A stretch of DNA of 63,448 nucleotides, filler included, from Octopus bimaculoides (GCF_001194135.2; 6 parts of 5 records of this genome joined end to end with filler, not necessarily neighbours in it), one strand, 5' to 3'. Numbered from the whole stretch's first letter, positions 20,561-33,794 are shown. The notes: generated by a model from the letters alone, not told the origin. Numbers and translations are program-made.

Positions 20561-22254
20561 AGAATTTCAGAGTTATTTCTTTAGGTTAAGATGTATATTT
20601 CTCTTTGTAGACATTGAGGATCCATTGTACCTCACAGCTAGTACATATGATCCATTCTACCTAACAGCTAGTACATTTGCCATAAATTTCTTTTCCTACT
20701 TCAAACTTTTGAAAAACGTTTACAACCTTTTTTCACTGCTTTCAATTTAACACTATTTGCAAAGGATCCAAAATTGGATTTTCATTCATTTGTGCCTAAA
20801 ACTACTGTGTACTTAGTTTTCCCCATGAATCTACGAATTAAAGTAGTAGAAAGACCAGGGACTTCCATAAAATCCCTGATCTGTAGAACATGCCCCTTTG
20901 AAAGAATCCCCTGTATGGATAGAAACTGATATAGTGTGCAGAGTAAACCCACAAATAAACTGTAAAACCAGGAATGTAGTCTATAGTATAAGATGTACAG
21001 AGGGACACAGCAGTAACAGGACACAACAACATACATTGGAGAAACAACATGTAGCATAGGTGAGCAGATATGTGAACACTGGTAGGAACTCAAGGAGGAG
21101 AAAAGCTCACCAATGTTCTACCAACACACTCAATTAGAAAATGGCGGCTCAGCTGACAACACAGATGTTAGAATCTTAACAACACACATGACACTCAGGC
21201 AGATTACGGGTCACACACATAATATACAAGCATACATACACATACTAAAGACAAAATACGAGAAAAAAATAAGACAAGTACAAACAGTGTAATATACAAA
21301 TACATATGCATATTAAATGCATAGACACACACACACACACACATGCACACAAACATATGTGCAGATAGAGATACATACCACAGAAGGACAAAATGGAATA
21401 AGTAGAACAAGAGGAGCCACATGGGATAGAGAGTCACTGACGAAGCCACAGAAGGTGCGACAAAAAAACTTTGACAGACATAAATTAAAACAAATATGAC
21501 GATCAAATAAATAGTCCATTTGAAAAGAATCATGCATTTTTCCTCTCAAAATATGCTTCACATCCTCTTTTTTTCTTCACAAATACAATGATAACCACAC
21601 TACAAGTATTAATGTAACAGACTCTTCTTTCTCTCAGAAATATGAAACAATTTAAAATAAGATCAAACTTTACAGAAAACTTACATGTTTGTTATACTCT
21701 TTAGTTCAACATCAATTAGTAAATCTTCTTTCTTTATATTCAGGCGTATTGCTAGCATATTTGTTAACCGTTTCTTTATTGCTTCCACCTTTAGCATGTT
21801 TGGTGATTCAATTACAAGAATTGTCAAAGTATTGTTTCCTACAAACATAAAGTAGTTATAATTAAAACAATTATGACAATGAGAAAAAAGTTGTCATTGG
21901 ATAGTTCTAATAAAGTTTTATTAACTCTTTCACTACTTGTTTATCTTGAGATCAGCTCTTGTTTTGAGATAATAGAACCCCCCACCACCACCACCACAAC
22001 CTCCTTTTGTTTTAAAGTGCTTATTATTTAAACTTTTTGTTCTGTTCCAAACACTAAATTAACAAAGGAAAAAGTTATTTTATTAAATTCCTTCAACTTC
22101 TTCATTATTTAAGAAAATATTTAAAATACATACACAGTATATATCATGATAATTATGGTAATAAAAGGGTTATAGCAGAAGGTGAAGGCACAGATAGACT
22201 TATGGAAAGGTACTGGATAACTAAACTTTTGTTCATAGAATATTGATCATAGAA

Positions 22255-22400
22255 ATGATAGGCAATGCTCCTTCAAATCAAACCCTAATATCTTGAAGAA
22301 GGGGTATCACAATGGATGGGGTAGTCATAGACAATACTATGCATTTCCTTCCCTGTCAAAACAAATGGAATGTTCAAGGTCTGTGATGTCTTTGATTATG
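22255..22400 (+). mobile_element. Family E copy
   Basis: ctccttcaaatcaaaccctaatatcttg...acaatggatggggtagtc...tgtctttgattatg. Confidence 0.5.
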
Positions 22401-22437
22401 TGTCACTTCAAACAAGCATGAATTAGGGCTAAAAAAG

Positions 22438-22592
22438 AAACAGGTGTGGTTATGTAGATGCACAGGTGTGACTGTGTGGAGGTGCAGGTGTGGCTGTGTG
22501 GTGGCACAAGTGTGGTTGTGTGGCAAGAGGCTTGTTTCCCAACTGCATGGTTCTGGGTTCAGTCCCATTGTGTGGCACCTTGGGCAAGCATC
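22438..22592 (+). mobile_element. SINE family A head with a tandemly multiplied 5' ~21-mer
   Basis: caggtgtgg(c/t)tgtgtgg-type unit repeated 4 times before the normal head. Confidence 0.75.
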
Positions 22593-22740
22593 TTCTATAT
22601 ATATCCATCTATTTATCCATTTGGCTATCTAAATTTCATTCTATCCACCCATCTATCTTTCTGTCCATCTGTCTATCTGTCTGTCTATCTTTCTTTCTTT
22701 CTTTCAAATTGGATGGAATTTGTTAAGGCAGATTTTATAT

Positions 22741-23155
22741 AGGCACAGGAGTGACTGTGTGGTAAGTAGCTTGCTTACCAACCACATGGTTCCGGGTTCA
22801 GTTCCACTGCGTGGCACCTTGGGCAAGTGTCTTCTACTATAGCCTCGGGCCGACCAAAGCCTTGTGAGTGGATTTGGTAGACAGAAACTGAAAGAAGCCC
22901 ATCGTATATATATATATATATGTATATGTATGTGTGTGTATATGTTTGTGTGTCTGTGTTTGTCCCCCTCAACATCGCTTGACAACCGATGCTAGTGTGT
23001 TTACACCCCCGTAACTTAGCAGTTCAGCAAAAGACACAGATAGAATAAGTACTAGGCTGACAAAGAATAAGTCCTGGGGTCAATTAGCTCGACTAAAGGC
23101 AGTGCTCCAGCATGGCCACAGTCAGATAACTGAAACAAATAAAAAAGAATAAAGA
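22741..23155 (+). mobile_element. SINE family A, full copy
   Basis: Head, internal (TA)/(TG) tract and 3' module ending gactgaaacaaataaaaaaga. Confidence 0.9.
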
Positions 23156-23344
23156 ATGTGTGGATGCCCTTTCTGTTGCCAACATTCAAGAAAGGTAATA
23201 TTCCCTTATGCCCAGACATGTTTTCAGAAAAGATTGGAAATGTAGGCAATGACTTGCATGACATTGACACTTGCTTAAAAACTATCACATGATGTCAAGG
23301 CAAGGAGACAATACAACACACACACACACACATGTATACGCTTT

Positions 23345-23905
23345 ACTCTTACTCTTTTGCTTGTTTCAGTCATTTGACTGAGGCCATGCTAGAGCACCGC
23401 CTTTAGTTGAGTAAATTGGCCCCAGGACTTATTCTTTGTAAGCCTAGTACTTATTCTATCTGTGTCTTTTGCCGAACTGCTAAGTTACAGGGACATAAGC
23501 ACAGCACTATCGGTTGTCAAGCGATGTTGGGGGGACAAACACAGATACACAAACATATACACACACATACATACATACACACATATNNNNNNNNNNNNNN
23601 NNNNNNNNNNNNNNNNNNNNNNNNNNNNNNNNNNNNNNNNNNNNNNNNNNNNNNNNNNNNNNNNNNNNNNNNNNNNNNNNNNNNNNNNNNNNNNNNNNNN
23701 NNNNNNNNNNNNNNNNNNNNATATATATATATATATATATATACGACAGGCTTCTTTCAATTTCCGTCTACTAAATCCACTCACAAGGCTTTGGTCGGCC
23801 CAAGGCTATAGTAGAAGACACTTGACCAAGGTGCCACGCAGTAGGAACGAACCCGGAGCCATGTGGTTGGTAAGCCAGCTACTTACCACACAGCCACTCC
23901 TGCAC
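23345..23905 (-). mobile_element. SINE family A, full copy with an assembly gap inside its internal microsatellite
   Basis: Both modules present in reverse orientation around N23587-23720. Confidence 0.9.
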
Positions 23906-23934
23906 CTATATTCTTCCTGAACTGTAGGCTCATA

Positions 23935-24141
23935 AGGCCAGTTTCCTGGATTGTGTAGCATATATATTTCATCCCTGAACAGGATGCTAGTCCATTGCAT
24001 TTTTGCCCGTTGAGTGAACTGGAACAACATGAAGTGAAGTGCTTTGCTCAAGAACACAGCGCATTGTCTAGTCCATGAATGGAAACTACAATCTTATAAT
24101 TATGAGTGCAACACCCTAAGCACTGAGCCAAGCATCCCTCC
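23935..24141 (-). mobile_element. tRNA-derived SINE (family H; head related to family D)
   Basis: Minus strand gtggagggatgcttggctcagtgcttagggtgttgcactc...gtgttcttgagcaaagcacttcacttca. Confidence 0.6.
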
Positions 24142-24164
24142 ACATACCGTTGTCATCATCATTA

Positions 24165-24345
24165 AACGTTCGTTTTTCCATGCTGGCATGGATTGGATGG
24201 TTCAATAGGAGCTGGCAAATCAGAAGACTGCACCAAGCTCTATTGTTTACTTTGGTATGGTTTCTACAGTTGGATACCCTTCCTAATGCCAAACACTTTA
24301 CAGAGTGGTGCTTTTAACATGATACCACGAGCAGTGAGGTCATAA
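24165..24345 (-). mobile_element. Family C SINE/retroposon 3' end, diverged
   Basis: ttaaacgttcg.tttccatgctggcatgg...ggatacccttcctaatgccaa; matches 28866 and 58158. Confidence 0.7.
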
Positions 24346-26212
24346 AATAACTTACAAGCTAAGTCTGCTCAATTGAGAGGGGAGCACTTTTGAGGGAAGT
24401 AGTACTGTGCCAGGTGATGAGAGGCTAGAGCATATATAGAACATAAATAGATTGACAGAAATAGTGTCTTGCAGTAAAGAAGATACATGGCTACCTTGAG
24501 AGACGAGAGAGATAGAGATAGAGAGAGAGAGAGAAAAAAGAGATGGAAGGAATGAAGATGATGAAGATGTGTTAAGTTACACGGAGGTGTGTATAAGTGA
24601 TATGGTGAGTGGGTAAGTTCATGAGCTTCTAACAGGGAAGTGATAGATGAAGGAGAGGGAATGTAGTGAATGTATACCAATAGAGGGAGGGGGTGTTAGG
24701 AAGCTATGTTGTGGGGAAAAGATGCAACAAGGACACCTGTATGCAGGTAGGCTCATGGTGGTGTAAAGGGAGAGTGGGAGATGGAGGTTATGATCAACGG
24801 CTTTGCGACAATATCACAATATCGTTGTTGTTGGTGTTGGCATTCATGTTTACATATGTATTTGTTTGTGTGAGATTTCTCTTTTCCTTCCTTCTTTCAT
24901 GAAGTTGTGGTGAAGGCAGTGTAGGGAATTCAATGTCAAATGAGTTGCCAAGGAGACTGGCATTCGTTACAAAACTGTCTTCATGGCTTGAAAATGCAAT
25001 CCTCGTATCGAAAATGGCTAAGAAAGCTGAAAATAAATTCACAAAATCAGGAAACATGCCACGCAGGGCAGGTTTCCTGTGCAAACAATTTGCAGGATCA
25101 AATCTGTTAGTTGTTGCACAACTTTTACATAAAAAATATACAATACACACTTCTGATGGCAAAAAAAAAGCAAACTTACTTGGAGTCGATGTGACTATTA
25201 TCCATCCATAAGATAGATAGATAGATAGAAAGGAAGTTGGATGGATGGAAAGCTAAATAGATGGAATGGGAATGAGTGCGGGGAAGAGGAAGTATAAAAA
25301 ATAGAATGAGAGGGGCAGGGAGAGGTTTTACAATAGCTGGACCAGCAGGTATTTTGATATAAATGAAACTTCAAATTTCTGTAAAATTTTCTAGAAATAC
25401 ATTTCCAAATTAATAAAAAGGTAAATAGAATTGAAAAAAAAAAGTGATGCTGGAAGTTCACACGCACACAGACTTATATAACTTGTGATGATGTCAAACA
25501 ATGGAGTGAATGATATTGGAAAATAAAATTGTTATTGTAACATTTTACAGCAATAATTTTCTCTTTTTCTTTCTTTTACCGGAGTTCACTTATTCATTTC
25601 AATGAATTTGGAAATTGTTTAATAAAAAAAAACAAAAAACATATAAAATAGGCAAAAACAAAAGGAACACTATCTAAAGGAGCTGTCAGGTGATTAAATG
25701 AAATGAACAGATGACATTCAACCCGATATCAAAACATGCTGCCATTCATTTTAGAAAAAATGGTTTCAAGAAAATAGTTTAATACTTAATTTTATATGCA
25801 TACACTCTCATATATACACATGATAGTATTGAACAGTGAGAATTAGTGTTCAGCGCTGCATTTGGTGGATAAATATATATTTTTTTTATAGGTTAACTGT
25901 CCTACCAATGGTTTCATGTGGAAAATTTCCACAATTTTAAAAACTATCATTAAAAAACATTAGTAATCATCTCTATTTTGGATGGGGCTATATGAAATTA
26001 CTATACATACATACATACAAGATACCTAAACTTCTTCACTTGTCTCAGTGATGTTCCACTAACATGCAAAATGCACTGGAAGACATTTTGACAAGGCCAA
26101 TGTTTCAGTCTTCACAGTAGTGAACACATTCAGTGCTTACTGGATATTATCTTCTGATGAGCCAGAGAGCACTAAATATCAACCAACAAATCCTACATCC
26201 ATTGTCTGCAAT

Positions 26213-26478
26213 ACACTGCTGGATATTTTTGAATCTTTATGTATCATACAGGATGCCTTTCCAAATGTTTATCTATTGAATGGTGCAGCATTAACATTTG
26301 TGTCAAGCACAGCCACATGCGAGTCATTGTTTTTGACTCTTATGTTAATTATGACTCCCTTTCAATGAAATATGAAGCACCTGCAAAAATCAAACCTTGT
26401 GATACTTGCATCTCTTAGTAAATACAAATCAATTATAGACAAGGACGATTTTCTTAAATTTTTTGTATTGTTGTATTA
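26213..26478 (+). mobile_element. hAT 3' fragment (dimerisation domain), second copy of 33420-33697, interrupted by the mariner
   Basis: LCIIQDAFPNVYLLNGAALTFVSSTATCE is near-identical to the 33414-33686 ORF; resumes at 27497. Confidence 0.85.
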
Positions 26479-27496
26479 TCAGGTCATCCCATAAGTTCTG
26501 TCCGATTTTACTTTCTTAAAATTGAATGAAATTTAATAGTATTTTAGAATGTCTAATGGAATTAAAAATAATTTTGATGCATTTGTGTACATTCAAACTA
26601 ATTAAATATTATTTTACAGTATAATAGAATTAAAATTTCTGTGATTAAAACCCTTTCTAACATGGAAGTATCCAAAGAGCATTTGAGGCACATAATGCTT
26701 TCTAAGTACAAAAACGGAAACTCTGCATCTGAAGCGACTCAAAACATATACTCAGTTTATGGGAAAGAATGCTTGAATGAAAGAACCTGTAGAAGATGGT
26801 TTACAAAATTCAGAAATGGAGATTTCAGCCTTGAAGATGAAGATCAAACAGGACATCCAGTTGAGTTTGATGATGAGCTCCTTGAGGCATTACTTGAAGA
26901 AAATCCTGCATTATCAGTTGAAGAATTGGCAATAAAGCTTAGTTCAAACCATACAACTGTTAATTGTCATCTTCAACAACTCGGAAAGGTTCCTAAACTT
27001 GGAAAATGGGTGCCTCATGAATTGTTTGAAAGCGACTGCAAATCCCGAGTTGACATCTGCTCTTCTCTTCATTCTTGCGAACTCATTTCACCCTTTTTGG
27101 ATAGACTTGTCACTGGTGACGAAAAATGGATCTTTTATCGAAATGTTAAACATCGTAAACAGTGGCTTGGTAAAAAGCTCAACCACAACTGAGAAGGGAA
27201 CTTCATGGGAAAAAGGTTCTCTCTATCTGGTGGGATTGCAAAGGAGTAATTCACTTTGAATTGTTACCACCTAATGCAACAATCAATGCTCAAGTCTACT
27301 GTCAGCAATTAAAGCATTTGAACCAAGCTTTGAAGAAAAAAAGACCTGCTTTAGTGAATTGAAAAGGAGTAACCCCACACTGCAAAGGTCACATCACTGA
27401 AGATCGAAGAGCTTGGTTGGGAAAAAATTCCTCATTCACCTTTGATCACTTGTTTTCTTTATTCAAAATTCGGTCAGAACTTATGGGATGACCTGA
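26479..27496 (+). mobile_element. Mariner element, internally deleted, with intact TIRs and TA target-site duplication
   Basis: TIR TCAGGTCATCCCATAAGTTCTGTCCGATTTT / AAAATTCGGTCAGAACTTATGGGATGACCTGA; TA at 26477-78 and 27497-98; ORF has HLRHIML..(HTH), WVPHEL and VTGDEKW; later catalytic motifs are frameshifted or deleted. Confidence 0.95.
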
Positions 27497-27639
27497 TAAA
27501 TAAATGTAACTGCGTGTGTCAGTCCAGTTCATAAAAATTATGAAAAGGAGATACACCCCTGCTGAAGTACAACACCCATATTGAAAAGTTTCAGCTTAGC
27601 ACCATTTACCCAAACACAAACATCTGAGTATTCATATAG

Positions 27640-28600
27640 TGAGGTCATAGCAACTACAAATTTCCCATTCATCTCAGACTCTTGTAAAACCCTTCACAGC
27701 ATGCAACCATGTGTTTTTTAAGGTCTGCAAAGCAACCGTACATCTATTCTCTATAATTAGAAGACTCTAAGTCAAGAGATGGTAGTCTTAATGCAGAGAT
27801 ATACTATCAAATAGGGAAGGGAAGTGTTGCATTTGGAATGCTCAAAAAGCGAGTATGGGTGGATAGAGGTATTTCCCTGCAGACAAAAATCAGTGTCTAT
27901 AAAGCTTGTGTATTGTCTGAACTTCTTTATTCAAGTGAGACATGGACCACCTACAAGCGTCACATAAAAATGATGGGGAGATTTCATCAAAAGTGCCTCG
28001 GACGTATCTTAAGAGTCAAGTGAGAATGTTTCATACCAGATACAGAGATTTTGCACATGGCATGTTGCAGCTCAATTGAACATGTTATCTTGGCTCAAAT
28101 GAGATAGACTGGACATGTTATCTTGGCTCAAATGAGATAGACTGGATATGTTATCTTGACTCAAATGAGATGGACTGGATATGTTATTAGAATGAAAGTC
28201 GAGTATTTGCCAAAGCATCTTTTTTCATGGTGAACTCAACTTTGGTAAGCGACCACAACATAAGCCGAGGAAAAGGTATAAAGACTGTGTGAAGGAAAAC
28301 CCGAAGAAACTAGATATGAACAAAAGTGATTGGGAAAATGATGCTTGAGATCGGAACAAGTGGAGAGGTGTTGTTAGGACTGGTTGCAATGCTTGGGAAG
28401 AAAATATGATTCAGCACTCTGAACTTAAAAGGGCCTATCACAAAGGAACAATTGGAACTGAAATCAACAGTGAACATTGGATATGTATTATATATAACCA
28501 TGTTCTGTTGTCAAAAGCAGGATACGTGAACCATATGAAGTCACAACCATAATGCCCAGATAGGTAATGATCGCTTAAGACTTGTGTCATATGTCAAAAA
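27640..28600 (+). mobile_element. RTE-clade LINE 3' remnant
   Basis: EIYYQIGKGSVAFGMLKKRVWVDRGISLQTKISVYKACVLSELLYSSETWTTYKRH..RFHQKCLGRIL...GELNFGKRPQHKPRKRYKDCVK..WENDA*DRNKWR. Confidence 0.9.
28081..28188 (+). repeat. 33-bp tandem triplication inside the RTE fragment
   Basis: catgttatcttggctcaaatgagatagactgga at 28081, 28114 and 28147, plus a partial fourth. Confidence 0.9.
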
Positions 28601-28865
28601 ACTAGTAGGACAATACCTGGACTTAAAAGACATATGCTAGTTCACAAAACATTTCTTCAGAATCAGATTCCAAAGGGCAAAGATATAGATGACACTTGAA
28701 TAATATCTGTCACTTGTGTTTTAAACCCTGTTCTTAAAAGTCATCTACGGCCTCATCAACAGTGATTGTACTGTGTGAGGGGGTGTGGTGTGTGTGTTGA
28801 TGGGACGGCTATCGTCTCTCAAGATGAAGCAATCATCATATATCATCATCATCATCATCATCATC

Positions 28866-29082
28866 GTTTAACGTCCGCTTTCCATGCTAGCATGGGTTGG
28901 ACGATTTGACTGAGGACTGGTGAAACCGGATGGCAACACCAGGCTCCAATCTAATTTGGCAGAGTTTCTACAGCTGGATGCCCTTCCTAACGTCAACCAC
29001 TCAGAGAGTGTAGTGGGTGCTTTTACGTGTCACCCGCACGAAAACGGCCACGATTGAAATGGTGTCTTTTATGTGCCACCCG
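28866..29082 (-). mobile_element. Family C SINE/retroposon 3' end with a (GAT)n tail
   Basis: Minus strand ...ggttgacgttaggaagggcatccagctgtagaaactctgcc...ggaaagcggacgttaaacgatgatgat; runs into a gap. Confidence 0.85.
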
Positions 29083-29569
29083 NNNNNNNNNNNNNNNNNN
29101 NNNNNNNNNNNNNNNNNNNNNNNNNNNNNNNNNNNNNNNNNNNNNNNNNNNNNNNNNNNNNNNNNNNNNNNNNNNNNNNNNNNNNNNNNNNNNNNNNNNN
29201 NNNNNNNNNNNNNNNNNNNNNNNNNNNNNNNNNNNNNNNNNNNNNNNNNNNNNNNNNNNNNNNNNNNNNNNNNNNNNNNNNNNNNNNNNNNNNNNNNNNN
29301 NNNNNNNNNNNNNNNNNNNNNNNNNNNNNNNNNNNNNNNNNNNNNNNNNNNNNNNNNNNNNNNNNNNNNNNNNNNNNNNNNNNNNNNNNNNNNNNNNNNN
29401 NNNNNNNNNNNNNNNNNNNNNNNNNNNNNNNNNNNNNNNNNNNNNNNNNNNNNNNNNNNNNNNNNNNNNNNNNNNNNNNNNNNNNNNNNNNNNNNNNNNN
29501 NNNNNNNNNNNNNNNNNNNNNNNNNNNNNNNNNNNNNNNNNNNNNNNNNNNNNNNNNNNNNNNNNNNNN

Positions 29570-30614
29570 CTACAAAGTTTGAATTGTTTCCAAAGGAATT
29601 TTTGTCCATTCTTCTGCTAAAACAGTCTCCACTTCTTGTAGTGATGATGGTGGAGGATATCGACTCATTACTTGTTTTTCTAAAATGTACCATAAATGTT
29701 CAATAATATTGAAATCTGGGGACTGTGGTGGCCAGATAAGATGTTCAACATCACTAGAATGTTTCTTGTGCCATTCAGTAACGACTTTAGCTGAGTGAAT
29801 TGGTGCATTATCATCCTGAAAGATTGCATTTCCCTCTGGAAACAGTTCTGCAACCATAGGATGAATTTGATCAGATAAAATGTTTAAATAGTCTTGACTG
29901 TTAATTCTGCCATGAAAAGAAACCATTGGGCCAGCGGATTTCCAAGATATAGCCTCACAGATCATCACAGATCCTCCTCCATGTTTAACAGTTGGAAGAA
30001 GGTAGACTGGGTAAAATGCTTCTTTTGGCTGTCTCCACACATATACTTGGCTGGTGGTCAGAAATAAGGTAAAGGATGACTCGTGCAAGAAAATAACATT
30101 CTTCCACTGCTCCAGGGACCAATTCTCTAGGTATTTACTCCACTCTAGATGCTTTGCAATGTTTGTTTTTGAAAGTAGTGGTTTTCTGACTGCAGCCTTC
30201 CCGTGAAATCTGGCTTTGTGCAGCTCCTGGTGAACAGTTTTTGTGGAAACTGGGCTCTCGAGGTGGTCATTAAGCTGTGCAGTAATTTTGGGAGCTGTAC
30301 TTTTGTGATCCTTTCTAACAATTTGACGGTCCCTATCTGAAAGTTTTGGTTTTCTTCCAGAGTTTTGTTTCAGCAAGGAGGTTTTTTCCCTCTTTCTCAA
30401 AGGCTGTCATTACTTTTGAGACAATACTTCTTGATACACCAAACATTTCGGCTGTTTTCATTATGCTAGCACCTGCCATATGAGCACCAACAATTTGGCC
30501 TCTTTGAAAGTTCGATAGATCTGTCGTCTTAATGAATTTTAATTACCTTTTTATGATGATATCTGGAAAGAAACAACAATTTTAGCAAAACATATTAAGC
30601 AACACTAATAATAA
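29570..30614 (-). mobile_element. Tc1-family transposase, nearly complete but inactivated; both ends lost in gaps
   Basis: DLSNFQRGQIVG (N-terminus, frameshifted); SGRKPKL; VIFLHES (catalytic D replaced by H); VKHGGGSVM; FQDDNAPIH; WPPQSPDFNIIEHLW. Confidence 0.92.
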
Positions 30615-31539
30615 NNNNNNNNNNNNNNNNNNNNNNNNNNNNNNNNNNNNNNNNNNNNNNNNNNNNNNNNNNNNNNNNNNNNNNNNNNNNNNNNNNNNNN
30701 NNNNNNNNNNNNNNNNNNNNNNNNNNNNNNNNNNNNNNNNNNNNNNNNNNNNNNNNNNNNNNNNNNNNNNNNNNNNNNNNNNNNNNNNNNNNNNNNNNNN
30801 NNNNNNNNNNNNNNNNNNNNNNNNNNNNNGGGGTGAATGAATAAATTGTAAATGTAAAAATGTAAATGTATTTTTACATTTTTAATTTTTTAATTTTACA
30901 CTTACAATTTATATATATATATATATATATATATGAACAGAGATGAAAATTAACAAGTCATTTTATTCCCACCAGTCAGGAATTATTATTGAATTTGTGA
31001 ATTCAGTAAAAAGGTAAGAAAAAATTTCCATTATTGGTATTTTGAGCTTACAATTTGAATTTTTCTGAAATATGCATCCAGAAAGGCTTTTTCAGCTGAG
31101 AAGATTCACAGAATAGCTTTTGTTTCTCTTTGAGCATATTTTCTGAAAGTTTATACTGAAATCTTTTTATGTTTAATTAAAAAGGTAAAACTTTGAAGAA
31201 ATTGATGAAAAAATAAATTTTAAGAAATTGTTATGCTTACTGCAATATTCTGCCTAAGAATTATTGCAAATTTCAGTGCCTATGCAGATTGTTTTAAAGC
31301 CACCCTAAGCATCAAAAACTGGTGATGGACCCAAATATAGAACCAGAGTACTGACCCTAAAATTTATAAATTTATAAAACTTAGCTTCTTATGCCACAAA
31401 TGACTCACAATCATTACATATATATAAGTCAGTATAAAGTGTTGGTTAAATCGTTTTTATTCAATTGACATTAGTGTAAGATCACTCAATGAAGTATACC
31501 TTTAGGTCAGTGTGTACTACGGAGTGTCAGTACAATAAC

Positions 31540-33794
31540 GAAATCGCTACCGAAAAAGAAAACTGAAGTAACCATTGCTGAATTTCCAATCTAATCCATC
31601 TAATGCTAAACAGAAGAGAATTGCAAACGAAGAAGTTTTGCAGTGCAAGGGAGGTTTTGAAGAGTATTTGACACCCTCATTGGATGATCTAGGACAGGTT
31701 GACTGCCAGCCAGTGCAGCCAGTTCTAGCAAAGTTTGATCCGAAGATTTATGGAAATCAGGAATGTGACTTGTCATCAAGTTGGTATACCGGCCGTCCAT
31801 GATTAGAATATTTTCTTTCAAAGAAAGCTTTGTTTTGTTTTCCTTGTCGGCACTTTAACACTTCTACTTAAGCAGATACTTACTTTATTAAAGATGGATA
31901 TTCTAACTGGCATGATGCAAAAGGAAAAAACAAAGGTTAAATAAGTATGCAAACTCTGCAGCCCATATCCAAGCTATGGTAACAGCGTTTATCCACAACA
32001 ACTTCCGTGTCTTCAATTTTGCCAAATGATCAATTGAGCAAAAACCGTTACTATATCAATTCAATTGTTGATATTTTGCATTTTCTATGTGCCGACGAAA
32101 TTGAAGCTTTTGAAGATCCTTATTTGGAAGATGAAATGCAGCTTTGTGGTCTTTTTATGAAATTATCCCAATACATGTTATAGAAAGACTCAAAGCTAAT
32201 GGAATGTTACTGCATGATTCCAAAAAATGCGACCTATACCTCAGCAACAATGCAAAACAAAATCATTGAATTGTTGAGGAGATACACTGTCAGCCTTGTC
32301 ATCGATGAAATAAAATGTTCCAATGTTCCTTACTTTACGCTGAAATGTGGCAGAACATGTGATTTGAGTAATAATGAAAATGCTGTGATTGTTATTAGGT
32401 ACTTGAAAAATGGCAGGGTTCTGGAAAACTTAGTTGCAATGCCAACTACTTGACATTATGATGCTGAAAATTTGGCCGACTTGTTAATCAAGGAATTAAC
32501 CAACCTTCGCATTGACCCAAAGCATATGTTATCACAATGCTACGATGGTGTTCCTGTGATGTCTGGCAGAATAGGAGTTGTTCAAAGAAAGGTTCAGAAT
32601 CAACTTGAAAAACATATACCCTATGTTTATTGTCTTAATAATCAGTTGCATCTTGTCGTGGTTAACACAATAAAGTGGATTCTGGAGTTAGCTATGTTCT
32701 TCGACACCATTAATATTCTTCATAATTTTATTAGATGGCCAAAGATAGCTAGTCTCTGCAAAGGATTGAAATTGCCACATCTTATGGCACATAGGTGGTC
32801 GGGTCATTTCAATGCCATTGCTTAAGATTGTTGTTTTGCTAACTGAGTGCACAGATTCATCAGATTCAAAAATGTGTATTGAGGCAACTAGAATTTTACA
32901 TCAAGTTCATTCCAAAAGGTTTGTTTTTCTAGCCCTTGTTCTTAGAAAATTTTTGTATATAATTTGACCAGTAGACAAACAGCTTCAGAGTCACAATTGT
33001 GATATACATCATGGCTCTGAGCTTCTTAAGATTTCCAAGAGTGAAATAACCAAACTAAGAGATTCTGATGAGATTCTGAAACAAATGAGTCAATTTAATG
33101 TTATTGAGGAATGGATGCATCGAAAAGCTTGCAGGTCCCAACGTTTTTCAGATTATGTTGTTGAAGCCCTGGTACCACCACAAGATGACTAGATAATCTT
33201 TCACTGCCGATTTTATTTCGCCATGATTGATGAAAGCTTGGGAGAGCTAGATAATAAATTTTCAGACCAAAATGACAGGATATATTCTTCTTTGGCAAGT
33301 CTACTACCAATTTCTGAGATATTTTTGGATTTTGATACTTTAAAACCTTTGAGCAATTTAGTTAATTGTGATAAATTGGCCTTGCTGTTAGAACTTACAT
33401 TTCCAAACAAAATATGATGACACTGCAAGATATTTTTGGATCTTTATGTATTGTACAGGATGCCTTTCCAAATGTTTATCTATTGAATGGTGCAGCATTA
33501 ACATTTGTGTCAAGCACAGCCACATGTGAGCCATCGTTTTCGACTCTTACGTTAATTATGACTCCCTTTCAACAAAATATGAAGCATCTGCGAAAATCAA
33601 ACCTTGTGATACTTGCATCTCTTAGTAAATACAAATCAATTTTAGACAAGGACGATTTTCTTAAATTTTTTGCATTGTTTTATTAAATAAATGTAACCTG
33701 ATTTTATAAGCAGTACAGTTTTAAAGTTCTTTTCAGCACCCCCAACTATCAAGATAGCCCCCCCCCCAGTTGCAATTGGCTGGCTACATGCCTG
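31540..33794 (+). mobile_element. hAT-superfamily element (ZMYM1-like: TTF-type zinc finger, DUF4371-like region, hATC), degenerate
   Basis: SSWYTGRP*LEYS..FCFPCRHF; YTSATMQNKIIELL; QCYDGVPVMSG..GVVQ; YVYCLNNQLHLV; HRWS; FPNVYLL..ALTFVSSTATCEPSFS; putative 3' TIR ctggctacatgcctg ending at 33794. Confidence 0.88.

Noticed and set aside
20782-21240. Two overlapping minus-strand ORFs (103 and 70 aa)
   Set aside because: No recognisable domain; possibly a decayed LINE 5' region, but unsupported
24794-25211. Overlapping antisense ORFs (122 aa minus, 92 aa plus)
   Set aside because: No recognisable homology and no convincing pair of splice sites; cannot be called an exon
33061-33096. Hammerhead-like string CTGATGA-gattct-GAAAC-aaatga-GTC
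   Set aside because: Lies within hAT transposase coding sequence with very weak stems I and II; likely chance
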